Positions 23,245 through 34,746 of a DNA stretch of 64,000 nucleotides are shown piece after piece. Position numbers and translations under genes: made by a program. Below the pieces are notes generated by a model. The model worked only from the letters and a program-made list of their open reading frames with translations, did not search any database and was not told where the DNA came from. Position 1 is the first letter of the stretch, and each line of letters opens with the position of its first letter. Source of the DNA: Malacoraja senta (taxonomy: Eukaryota); the NCBI GenBank assembly GCA_038087875.1, contig CM075998.1:5334001-5398000 (forward strand), read 5' to 3'.

Positions 23245-25590
23245 GGTCAAGATCCTTCTTCAGACTGAGAGTCAGGGGAGAGGGAAACAAAAAAATTAAA
23301 AATAATATTTACAATACAATAAAACAAAACAGACCCCACCACCATAATAAAAGACAAACAAATATCCTAAATAAACTACTATACAGCTATGTTACAATCC
23401 TTGTCCAGGATATATTCCACCGGTGCCCAGCGGTCCTGAAAGTCCCCCAGGGTGCCCAGGGCCGGATTTAGATGAAGAGAGGCCCTAGGTTATTCCACTT
23501 GTGAGGCCCCTCCCAATCCCCCACCCCCACGACGAGAGGAAGATGGAAGAGTCCACCAGATTGACACCGATGTGCAGCCGAGCGTGGCCAATGAGATAAG
23601 GGCTGGAACGCTGTGCTTTTTATTTATTGCCAGTGCTAGTATCGAGTTATCGGCTTAAAACACTATTATTCTGAAATGGAGGGCAAGGAAAATTACTGAA
23701 GTGTTGTTTAGAGACTACAGTGCGTTGTGACAGCATATGTAAGAAAGGCCTATGACAGTGTCAAAAATATTATACACCAGGCCCGTACGCAGCTTTTCAA
23801 AAAGGGGGGTGGCATGGCAGGATTACAAAAATTTTATGTGAAATAAGTTCACGCAGCGCATATCACAAGCTCGAAGCTCGAAGCTCGAAGACCCTTGCGG
23901 CTGGGGTTTTAGATGCTCTCTGGTGCATTCTGAGCCTTATTTTGGAGCATTTTTGCACCACATTTATCATCAATATTTCAGAAATGATTTTGGTTGAGTT
24001 AAGAGTAATGAGTGGTTGGAATGGGATGATTGGGGTCATTGTTGTATACATTTTTTTAAATCAAGAATTGAAGCTGTCCTTGTTTTAATAATCAAGTTGT
24101 ACTGTAAAATGTTATGTAAAATGTTGTAAAGGAGCATGCAAACTGCAAATAAAATACTGTACGTTTTTGCAGTAAATAAAACTTTTTTTAGAAAATGTTT
24201 TGTGTGTTGATTTGATTGCCTGTTACTGTTCGACTGTGTTAGTGTGTGCACATTAAAAATATGATGCTAAATAAGTCGCAAACTATGGAATTCATATTTT
24301 TCAGTATTGTTATCAAGGAAAAGAAAGCAGTTCCAATTGTTTGATATTATTCATATGGAGGAGAAAATATAATTGTTCTAAAACCTACCTTAATTTTACA
24401 ATCTCACTAAAGATAATCCCCCTTTCCCTCTCCCCCTCCTCCTTCCCCCTCCCTCCACCTCCCTCCCCATCTCTCTCTCTCCCCTCCCCCCTTCCCCCCT
24501 CTCTCTCCCCCTCCCTCTCTCTCCCCCCTCTGTCTCAACCCCCCTTTCCCCCTCTCACATCCCCCCCTCTCTCTCCCTCCCTCCCTCCCATGCAGCGAGG
24601 CTCCGACTCCGCGCCGCAGACACCGCAGCCCCCCCCCCCCCCCCGTCCCGGAGAAACAGGCACTCCCGCAACGCAATATTCCACTACTTACCTGGAGTAG
24701 ACACGAGGCATGGAGGTGATTGTGTGGAGTGTAAATGGAGACCTGAACCCGCCCGGGCCCACTGCGCACGCGCGGAGAGACAGCGTCATTTTGAGTCGCT
24801 ACTGCGTCACCGGCTTCCGCACGCGCGGATTGTCGCAATTTTTCCCCCCAAAACTTCCAGCGGGCTGGAACCAGAATTTCGGGTAATTTCCGTCAAAGTG
24901 GAAACGCTGATAGCGCTCCAATTTTTTTTTCTCTGGATTTTTTTTGCTCTGGGAAAAAAACACCTTGGCCGGAGGCCCCCTAGATTTTGAGGCCCTAGGC
25001 TTCAGCCTATGAAGCCTGTAGGTAAATCCGGCCCTTCCGAGGCCCCCCCTAGATCTCAAGGCCCTAGGCTTAAGCTTGTGAAGCTTATAAGTAAATCCGG
25101 CCCTGAGGGTGCCCGTAGAAAGCGCGTAATCCCGCTCTAACACCACCCGGGCGCGGACGTAACCCCGCAAAAGGGGCAGGCAGCCGGCTCGGGCAGAGCC
25201 CTCTTACTCCTGGCGCCGTGACTCACGGATGGCCAGCTTGGCCAGGCCCAGGAGCAACCTGACCAGGACATCTTCAGCCCTACCCTCTCCCCTACGCACA
25301 GGGTGTCCAAAGATGAGGGTGGTGGGTGGGAAGTGCAGCCAGAAGGCAAGGAGCAGCCCCTTTAGATATTGGAGCAGGGGCTGCAGCCTCACACACTCCA
25401 TGTACACGTGGAACACAGACTCTTCCAGCCCGCGTAATTGGCAGGCGGCTGGCGAGTCTGTGAACCGCGAGAGAAACTGGTTGCCTCGGTGCAGTACCCT
25501 CCACCCCAGGTCCCCGATGTAGAGGGGGAGAATCCCTGCGTGGAGTGACCCCCACCGGGGGGCCCCCTCGCGACTGGGAGGCAGCACCAC
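23245..25590 (-). mobile_element. Tx1-clade LINE 3' fragment split by a hAT insertion
   Basis: ORF 25204-25590 has the zf-RVT-type motif GDLGWRVLH...ACQ..LEESVFHVYMEC.RLQPL..LLGLAKLAI; continues at 23400-23456; homologous to 62165-62465. Confidence 0.8.
23457..25105. mobile_element. Non-autonomous hAT DNA transposon
   Basis: 14-bp TIRs CAGGGCCGGATTTA / TAAATCCGGCCCTG; perfect 8-bp TSD AGGGTGCC at 23449-23456 and 25106-25113. Confidence 0.92.
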
Positions 25591-25594
25591 CCAT

Positions 25595-25912
25595 TCATTT
25601 TGGGCTGGGGGTCCGTCAGGGGTGTCCCATGTCAGTTGTACTCGGTCTGTGTGGAGCCGTTCCTGTGTCTTCTTCGGAGGCGGTTGACAGGCCTGGCTCC
25701 ACCAGGACCGGGGGGGGGTTCTTTCGGCCTATGCCGACGATGTGCTCCTTACGTTCACCGACCCTGGTGACCTGCGGAGGATGCGGGATGCCAGCAGGTT
25801 TTCCCGGCTGTGTCGTCCGCCAGGATCAACTGGAGTAAGCGTTCCGGACTTTTAGTGTGCCAGTGGCAGGTGGACTCCCTGCCGGAGGAGATGACATCTT
25901 ATGCGTGGAGCC
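25595..25912 (+). mobile_element. Inverted Tx1 reverse transcriptase fragment
   Basis: GVRQGCPMS, SAYADD (TCGGCCTATGCCGACGAT) and SSARINWSK motifs across frames, opposite in orientation to the adjacent Tx1 3' part. Confidence 0.8.
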
Positions 25913-26823
25913 ACTATCGTATTATAATGATTGTGGGGGGGGGGGGGGGACGGGACAGGAGGGGGGGGGCAATCCTGTGGGAAACTCAGGGTCCATCTGC
26001 ATCCTGTGGGCCCACTTGATCAACGGATAGAAATTCGTCACTTACAATGTTAACATCGATCAATAGGTGCCCATTATGCTGTTAGCTAGTGTCAACGCTG
26101 GTGTCAATAGGAGCAATTACTTTAAGGGTATCTCTTGACTCTTCCCATAATGAGACCCTGTGTTTGCAAGCACAGCGATTAGTGTGAGGGCCCTCGTGTG
26201 AGGAGCTGATTGAGCCAGTATTGCGATGGAAATGGTCAGGAACGCCCCAGAGCACCTTTTGAGAGTAAGAGGCTCCTTAAATTAAAGTGCATATTAGTCA
26301 CAGCTGCCGCAGGTCAACGATCATGTTCTCTTTGTGGATCTTGACAGGTAATGAACCGATACTCTGCAGGGTGACTGTAATTCCTGGCTGCTCACTGAAT
26401 AGACGGCGCTCCCGTGGCTCCAGCGAGCCGCCGTCTCGTGCAAACATCTTCCAATACACATGACATGGCCACAGGATAGCCACAAAAAGCTGGAGTAACT
26501 CAGCGGGACAGGCAGCATCTCTGGAGAGAAGGGATGGGTGACGTTCCGGGTCGAGACCCTTCTTCAGACCAGTCTCGACCTGATCGCTGGTCGGTGACTC
26601 GGTGGGCCGAAGGGCCTGTTTCCGCGCTGTATCTCAAAACTCAACTAAATGTGTACACTAGTTCTATCCTACACACTAGGGACAATTTACAAAGCCAATT
26701 AACCTGCAAACCCGCACGGCTTTGGAACGTGGGTGGAAACTGGAGCCACGTGGTCACAGGTAAAATATGCAAACTCCACACACAGACAGCACCCATAGTC
26801 AGGATGGAACCCAGGTCTTTGGC

Positions 26824-27243
26824 GCCTGTCCCACTTGGGCTATTTTTAGGCGTCTGTCATAGTCGTAGCAGGTCGCCAAAAAAATGGCGACTGGACCCCC
26901 CTACGACATAAAGTTTGAAATAGAATCATTACTTTAACACCCAAAAAACCCCGGCAACAACCTACGTTAACCTGGCGACCAGCTACGTCACCTGGCGACA
27001 ACTACGACAGCACCTACGTCAGGAGAAGTCAAGCTACGTTCATAGGCGTCAAACCCACTGTCGCCGACTGCCTCCGAAAAATGTTCAACATGTTGAAAAT
27101 CCAGCGGTGACCAGAAAGACGCTACGATTCCTAGGGCGACTGAGGAGACGACTCACGACCGTACAGGCGGCACCCCGACGACCATGTGGCGACCTGTAGT
27201 CACCTGTAGTCGCCTAAAAAATCACCTAAGTGGGACAGGCCCT
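26824..27243. mobile_element. Harbinger-like MITE inserted in a SINE
   Basis: TIRs GCCTGTCCCACTT / AAGTGGGACAGGC, subterminal TTTTTAGGCG / CGCCTAAAAA; flanks are consecutive SINE sequence (TCTTTGGC ... AGGCAGCAACTC). Confidence 0.75.
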
Positions 27244-27617
27244 TTAGGCAGCAACTCTACCGCTGCGTGAATGTGTCATCCTGTGTTGTGCGTGAAGTAC
27301 TATCAGTAGTTATGTACCTAACATGTAAACACTTGTCAATGAACTGGAGAGCTCTCGTGAATGAAAATGACAGGCTGTTTCCGGAGGCCTGCCTTTCCAT
27401 CCAGAATCAATCAGAATTTGCAATTCATTCTGAGGGGTTGGTGGAAATAATTCTGCGCACTGAGTCCTGAGATAAATAACCACGTTATCATGTTGTAGAG
27501 TATGACGCGTTAGACTGTGTGGCGTATGGATTTAAAGTGTGGCAAATGGTCATTTATATCGGGTTAGAATCCTTTAGTTTAGTTTCTTATTGCCATGTGT
27601 ACCGAGGTACAATGAGA

Positions 27618-29208
27618 GGTCTTATTGAAACATACAAGATTATTAAGGGATTGGACACGCTAGAGGCAGGAAACATGTTCCCGATGTTTGGGGAGTCCAG
27701 AACCACGGGCCACAGTTTAAGAATAAGGGTTAAACCATTTAGAACGGAGATGAGGAAATACTTTTTCACACAAAGAGTTGTGAATAGACAATAGACAATA
27801 GACAATAGGTGCAGGAGTAGGCCATTTGGCCCTTCGAGCCAGCACCGCCATTCAATGTGATCATGGCTGATCATCCCCAATCAGTACCCCCGTTCCTGCC
27901 TTCTCCCCATATCCCCTGACTCCGCTATTTTTAAGAGCCCTATCTAGCTCTCTCTTGAAAGCATCCAGAGAACCTGCCTCCACCGCCCTCTGAGGCAGAG
28001 AATTCCACAGATTCCTTCTGCAGTTGTACAGAGCCCTAGTGAGACCACACCTGGAGTATTGTGTGCAGTTTTGGTCCCCTAATTTGAGGAAGAACATTCT
28101 TGCTATTGAGGGAGTGCAGCGTAGGTTTACAAGGTTAATTCCCGGGATGGCGGGACTGTCATATGCTGAGAGAATGGAGCAGCTGGGCTTGTGCACTCTG
28201 GAGTTTAGAAGGATGAGGGGGATCTCATTGAAACATACAAGATTATTAAGGGATTGGACACGCTAGAGGCAGGAAACATGTTCCCGATGTTTGGGGAGTC
28301 CAGAACCACGGGCCACAGTTTAAGAATAAGGGTTAAACCATTTAGAACGGAGATGAGGAAACACTTTTTCTCACAGAGAGTTGTGAATAGACAATAGACA
28401 ATAGACAATAGGTGCAGGAGTAGGCCATTTGGCCCTTCGAGCCAGCACCGCCATTCAATGTGATCATGGCTGATCATCCCCAATCAGTACCCCCGTTCCT
28501 GCCTTCTCCCCATATCCCCTGACTCCGCTATTTTTAAGAGCCCTATCTAGCTCTCTCTTGAAAGCATCCAGAGAACCTGCCTCCACCGCCCTCTGAGGCA
28601 GAGAATTCCACAGACTCACCACTCTCTGTGAGAAAAAGTGTTTCCTCGTCTCCGTTCTAAATGGCTTACTCCTTAGTCTTAAACTGTGGCCCCTGGTTCT
28701 GGACTCCCCCAACATCGGGAACATGTTTCCTGCCTCTAGCGTGTCCAAGCCCTTAACAATCTTATATGTTTCAATGAGATCCCCCTCATCCTTCTAAACT
28801 CCAGAGTGCACAAGCCCAGCTGCTCCATTCTCTCAGCATATGACAGTCCCGCCATCCCGGGAATTAACCTTGTAAACCTACGCTGCACTCCCTCAATAGC
28901 AAGAATGTTCTTCCTCAAATTAGGGGACCAAAACTGCACACAATACTCCAGGTGTGGTCTCACTAGGGCTCTGTACAACTGCAGAAGGAATCTGTGGAAT
29001 TCTCTGCCTCAGAGGGCGGTGGAGGCCGATTCTCTGGATACTTTCAAGAGAGAGCTACATAGGGCTCTTAAAGATAGCGGAGTCAGGGGATATGGGGAGA
29101 AGGCAGGAATGGGGTACTGATTGGGGATGATCAGCCATGATCACATTGAATGGCGGTGCTGGCTTGCAGGGCTGAATGGCCTACTCCTGCACCTATTGTC
29201 TATTGTCT
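27618..29208. mobile_element. Rearranged CR1 3' cluster (direct and inverted duplications)
   Basis: ORFs 28024-28266 (+) and 28736-28978 (-) are near-identical; 27587-27880 and 28205-28483 are direct repeats. Confidence 0.9.
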
Positions 29209-29209
29209 G

Positions 29210-29575
29210 TTGAAAAGCTTTTTTGTTGCAGTCTATCCAATCAGCGGAAAGGCTATACGTGATTACAATCGAGCCGTCCACAGTGTAAAGATACAGGATA
29301 AAGGGAATAATGTTTAGTGCAAGGTAAGGTTCAGTACAGTCTAAATAGAGATAGTTCGATGGTCTCCAATGAGGTAGATGGGAGGTCAGGACCACTCTCT
29401 AGTTGTTGAGGGAGTGGCTGGGGGTGAGACTGGTCCTTGATGATGCTGCTGGCCTTGCCGAGGCAGCGTGGGGTGTGGATGGCGTCAATGTAAGGGAGGT
29501 TGGTTTGCGTGACGGTCTGGACTGCGTCCACAACTCTGCAATGTCTTGGGCTCCAGGATGGAGCTGTTCCTAACC
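29210..29575 (-). mobile_element. Rex/Babar-like LINE 3' fragment
   Basis: RCLGKASSIIKDQSHP in ORF 29331-29753. Confidence 0.72.
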
Positions 29576-30847
29576 CTAACCCAGCACTCCCCAGTATTTG
29601 GGCGCAATGTTCTCTGATTCGGGGTTTTACAGAAAAATAATCGGGATGCCTATGGAACATTGGAGGTCGAGGGGAGAGATATGTAAAACTATGAGAGACG
29701 TAGAGAGGGTAGACAGTCAGAACCTTTATCCCCAGGGTGGAGATGTCCAACACTAGAGGGCGTAGCTATAAGGTGAGAGGGGGGAAAGTTTCATGGAGAC
29801 GTGTGGGGCAGTTTTTTTTACACAGAGCTCCACGACTTACATCAAGGTTACGTTACCCAAGCCGGAATCACCATCCCCATCCTCTGCCCAAAATATCCCA
29901 CTGAGAGTATTAACGGTTTCAGCGGCCTCTGACACTTTCTGTGGCGCTCATTCTTCTGGGGAAGCCCCACCGTTGCCAGCTTGTTTCCGATGTAAACCTG
30001 AGTGAGCGTACAGGGCTGTGGGAAGCACAAACTGCCTCGGTTGCACCAGGGGCTGAGAGCAGATTTCTTGACGTAAATCGCCTCTTGCATAAATCGGGGA
30101 GTGTCTGTAATGGGTGCCTGGAACGCGCTGTCAGGGGTGGTGGTGGAGGCAGATACGATGTCAGTGGCGTTTAAGAGGCTTTTAGACAGGCACTGGGAAT
30201 GGAGGGATATGGATCACGTGCAGGCGGAGGAGATGAGTTTAACTTGGCATCACGGTCAGCACTGACATTGTGGGCCGAAGGGCCTGGTCCTGTGCTGTAC
30301 TCTTCTTTGGTCTATGGTCTCGGCTCTAGACAACTGATTGTCCACTGATCAGCAAAAGTTGCTGCTCCCGGTCTCAAGGAAACATGTGCGTGGGAACCAG
30401 CTTGTACAGTTTACAAGCCGAGTGTAAGCTTTCCTGCGTGTGTCCTGATGCCTGTGTTTTGACATATCTGGTCGGTGGAACACTCTGATAAACCCTTATT
30501 CCAAAGCACTTCAGCCAGAAATTGGATCCCCCTGCACTGTCAGGCTGCTGAGCTACATCAAGCCACTATTACAGCAGAGTGCACCAGTGCTTGTTGATTG
30601 ATACATCAAGCTGTCAGGGTGAAATATGTTGTGGATCTGGCCATTTTAATCAGCATTTTTATCCTAGTGTCACTTCCCAGCCCTTTGTGCTCATTAGGGC
30701 CACTTTATAATCCTCGTTTGCAGAACCCTTACAATAAATGCATTTGTCTTTTAACAAGAAAAAAAATCCGCCGTCCTCAGTGTGGATTTCTCATGAAGAT
30801 TTCATGGTTGTTTATGGATCGTGTTCACTAAGGCCTGTGTTTCAAGA

Positions 30848-31305
30848 CGGCACATGATGGCGCAGCGGGTAGAATGCCTATTTAGTCAATGCCTACTATG
30901 TTCTGTTGTGCTGAAGCAAAGCAAGAATTTCATTGTCCTGTCAGGGACACATGACAAGAAGCTCTTGAATCTTGAATCTTGAGAATCGCTGCCTCATTGC
31001 ACCAGAGTCCCGGGTTCGATCCTGACCTCTGGTGCTGTCTGTGTGTGTGCGTGTGTGGAGTTTTCACCTTCTCCCCGTGACCTGCGTGGGTTTCCTCTGG
31101 GTGCTCCGGTTTCCTCCCACATCACAAAGACGTGCGGGTTTGCAGGTCAATCGGCCCCTCTGTAAATTGCCCCCTAGTGCGACGGGAGTGGATGGGAGAG
31201 TGGGACAACGTAGAACTAGTGTGTGAATGGGTGTTCGCTGGTAGGCATGGACTGGGTGGGCCGAAGGGCCTTTTTCCATGCTGTACCTCCAAAACTAAAC
31301 TAAAC
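30848..31305 (+). mobile_element. HE1-like V-SINE interrupted by a LINE-type tail
   Basis: Head at 30848, insert about 30875-30985 ending (TCTTGAA)n, then B box, V-domain and tail. Confidence 0.75.
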
Positions 31306-31360
31306 CATCTAAGTGGGTAAGAAGATACAGGTTTTGCTCCCAGTCAGTGTAGAGTATTCT

Positions 31361-31667
31361 GAAGATACACACAAAAAGCTGGAGTAACTCAGCGGGTCAG
31401 ACAGCATCTCTGGAGAAAAACAATAGCAGGTGACTTTTCGGGTCGAGACCTTCTTCAGACCTGAAATGTCACCTATTCTGCGCATGGCCTCGCCGATGTA
31501 TAGGAGTACTTTCTTACCTCTCCCCTGACTCTCAGTCTGAAGAAGGGTCTCGACACGAAACGTCACCCACTCCTTCTCTCCAGAGATGCTGCCTGACCCG
31601 CGGAGTTACTCCAGCATTGTGTGTCTATCTTCGGTGTAAACCAGCATCTGCAGTTCCTTCCTACACA
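31361..31667. mobile_element. Penelope-derived fold-back mini-element with a GIY-YIG scrap in the centre
   Basis: Inverted terminal-repeat arms; the centre reads LLYIGEAMRRIG on the minus strand (ORF 31309-31566). Confidence 0.78.
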
Positions 31668-32037
31668 TCGAGTATCCTGATTTCACTTGTGTCTGTTGAA
31701 CCAGAGCACCTTGAAGAGTCTGGTGGAGCATGTTAACAAAGCAAAGACAGATTGATGCAGCTGGGAGACATAAAGAGGTAACACACTTGGTTTGATCTTT
31801 GCCAAGTAAATAGTTACTATCCCTGGTGTACCATTACAGTGGGATACTCTGCAGAAACAAGGACTGAGACATTTATTCAAACATTTGAAAATAAATGGGG
31901 CTGAGCTTTTGGGAATTAGTTTAACCCAGAGCAGAGTTCAGTGTACAAATCTGATGTCTTCATGCAGTGAATACCTTCGCCTTCCCAGCCACGCTGCAAC
32001 CAACTAATCCATGTCTAAAACTCAACATCCGAACCGT

Positions 32038-32335
32038 GGCACAGTTGCGCAGCGGTAGAGCCGGGTTCTTTCCTCACCTCGGGCGCTGTCTGGGTGGAGT
32101 TTGCACGTTCTCCCCGTGACCGCGTCTGTTTCCTCCAGGTGCTCCGGTTTCCTCCTACTTCCCAAAGACGTGCGGGTGTGCAGATTAATCGGCCCCTCTG
32201 TAAATTGCCCCCTAGTGTGTAGGGAGTGGATGAGAAAGTGGGATAACATAGAACTAGTGTGAACTAGTGTGGTCAGCGTGGACCCGGTGGGCCCAGGGTC
32301 CTGCCGAAGGGCCTGTATCTCTAAACTAAACTAAA
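32038..32335 (+). mobile_element. HE1-like V-SINE
   Basis: Degenerate head, V-domain, tail. Confidence 0.82.
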
Positions 32336-33145
32336 TTAGAGGAGACACAAGATACTGCAGATGCTGGAATATTGAGCAAAACATGATGAGCTGAAAGAAC
32401 TCAGAGGGTCAGGCAGCATCTGTGGAGGGAAATGGACAGGCGACGTTTTGGGGTGGGACCTTTCTTCAGACGGATGGAGTAGGAAGGAGAAAGCTGGAGA
32501 AGAGAGGTGGGGGGAGGACAAAGCCTGGTGAGTGATAGGTGGATACAAGTGAGGGGAGGGGGAGGTTGCTTGGCAGATGGGTGGAGTAAGTGACAAAGGC
32601 TGGTGGTGAAAAGGAGACAAACGGGCGTCAGATAAGGCGAGGAGGAGTGAAATGTAAAGGGGGGGAATAGGTGGAAGGGAACGAGGGAGAGGTGGGGGGA
32701 GGTTGTGACCTCACTTGCATTCACAATAGACTGTGTTCCATCTGAACAGCATTGAAAATTGCATCGAGTTTTCGTTCTCTAGACGCAGAAGAGAGATTCA
32801 AGTGCCAGTGAGAGAGTGCACAATAAAACAAGGCCTCAATGTCAGGATAGAGTTATGGGGACTGCTGTGATTTTGAACCTGTGGGTGAGGGAGGTAATCT
32901 GATCAACATCTTGTTAAGAGAAAGAAGAAAGAGAACCTGAAATACTATTTTAAAATAAAAATCAGGAGTGGGATGAGGGAACACCGGTTCAAACTAGTAA
33001 ATGTTTACTTTAGGATTGATGTCAGAAAAATTCTTTGCGTGAAGAAAGATTCATGTGCGGATCAACTTCCAGAGAGCAGGGTGAAGGCAAAATGTCCTGG
33101 CTCATTGCAAAAGAGTACAGCAATTAGGGCAGCCTTTGGACACCG

Positions 33146-33458
33146 GGCGGCATGGAGGCGCAGCGGTAGAGTTGCTGCCTCGCAGCGCTGGAGACCCAGG
33201 TTCGATCCTGACCATGGGTGCTGTCTGTATGAAGTTTGTACATTCTCCCCGTGACCTGCGTGAGTTTCTTCCTCCCACACAACAAAGGCATGCAGGTTTG
33301 TAGGTTAATTGTCTTGGTATAAGTGTAAATTGTCCCTAGTGTGTGTGTGTGTAGGATAGTGTTAGTGTGCGGGGATCGCTGGTCGGCGCGGACTCGGTGG
33401 GCCGAAGGGCCTGTTTCCGCGTTGTATCTCTAAACTAAACTAAACTAAAAACTAAAAC
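33146..33458 (+). mobile_element. HE1-like V-SINE
   Basis: A/B boxes, V-domain, tail. Confidence 0.9.
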
Positions 33459-33654
33459 TTCTGCATTAATAAATTAAGATGGGACATTATTTATCCATAA
33501 TTCTCCATTTGGATTTATTTATCCATAATTCTCATGTTAATTTGTTTTGCTGAAGGCAGGAGACCAAATCTTTGTAGTTAGGTGGTAGTTTAATTGGCAA
33601 TGGCGGCTATCAATTGCAATGAGCAAGAAATCTCGTCAATTACATTCGACTTTT

Positions 33655-33966
33655 GGACTTTCGAGACACAGCGCGGAAACAGGCCCTTCACCTCACCGAA
33701 TCCACGCCGACCAGCGATCACCCCGTACACTGGCACTATCCGAAACACACTTGAGACAATTTACAATTTTACCGATGCCAATTGACCTACAAACCCGCCC
33801 GTCTTTGGAGGAAGCCGCGGGAGGAAACCGGAGCACCCGGAGAAAACCCACACAGGTCAGGGGGAGAACGTACAAACTCCGCACAGACAGCAGCTGTAGT
33901 CAGGATTGAACCTGGGTCTTTGGCGTTGTGAGGCAGCAACTCTACCGCTGCGCCACCGTGACGCCC
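33655..33966 (-). mobile_element. HE1-like V-SINE
   Basis: Reverse-complement copy. Confidence 0.88.
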
Positions 33967-34084
33967 AGCTCGATAAGCTCATAATTGGCTTATTACTGTC
34001 TCATGTGCCGAGATACAGTGAAAAACGTTGTTTGGTGTGCCATCCAATCACGCCATCTATGAGTACAATCAAGCCACACGTGCG

Positions 34085-34243
34085 CGGCACGGTGGCGCAG
34101 CGGTGGAGTTGCTGCCTCACAGCGCCAGAGACCCGGGTTCCATCCTGACTACGGCTGCTGTCTGTACGGAGTTTGTACCTTCTCCCCGTGACCTGCGTGG
34201 GTTTTCTCCGGGTGCTCCGGTTTCCCCCCACACTCCAAAGACG
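34085..34243 (+). mobile_element. HE1-like V-SINE 5' part (tail resumes at about 34425-34577 after a CR1 insert)
   Basis: A/B boxes and V-domain. Confidence 0.85.
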
Positions 34244-34746
34244 TTAACGTTCATAAGTTCTAGGAGCAGAATGAGGCCATTCGGTCCATCGAGTCTACTT
34301 CGCCATTCAATCATAGCTGATCTATCTCTCCTTTCGCACACGTACTAATCAAGAACCGATCAATCTCCATTTAAAAAATACCCAGTGACTTGGCCTCATC
34401 ACCCATCTGTGGAAATGAGTATCACCTCTGTAAATTGGCCACAGTAAGTTGCCCCTAGTGTGTAAGGAACGGATGTGTAAACGGGAGAACAGAACTCGTG
34501 TGAAGGGGAGATGAATGGTCAGCGTGGCTTTCGTGGGCCGAAGGGCCTGTTTCCACGCTGCATCTCTGAACTAAACACAAGTACAGCAGGTAGCCACAGA
34601 GTGCAGAATATAGTGTAAAAACTACGGAGAGATGTCTACTGTGGAATGTGGGAGGAAACCAGAGCCTCAGCAGATGCCAACATGGTGACCCAGGTGTCAC
34701 TGATTCTAATTTGCTTTGGAAATACCTGACTTCAAGAAGGTCTTAA

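Noticed and set aside
24418..24590. Proline-rich and Gly/Arg-rich ORFs (also 19197-19509)
   Set aside because: Polypyrimidine low-complexity tracts.
24685..24695. U1 snRNA 5' end (TACTTACCTGG)
   Set aside because: The following sequence does not match U1; it is simply a minus-strand splice donor.
26298..26483. 61-aa ORF or exon MFARDGGSLEPRERRLF
   Set aside because: Weak splice sites, no homolog recognised, and the start overlaps a Penelope repeat.
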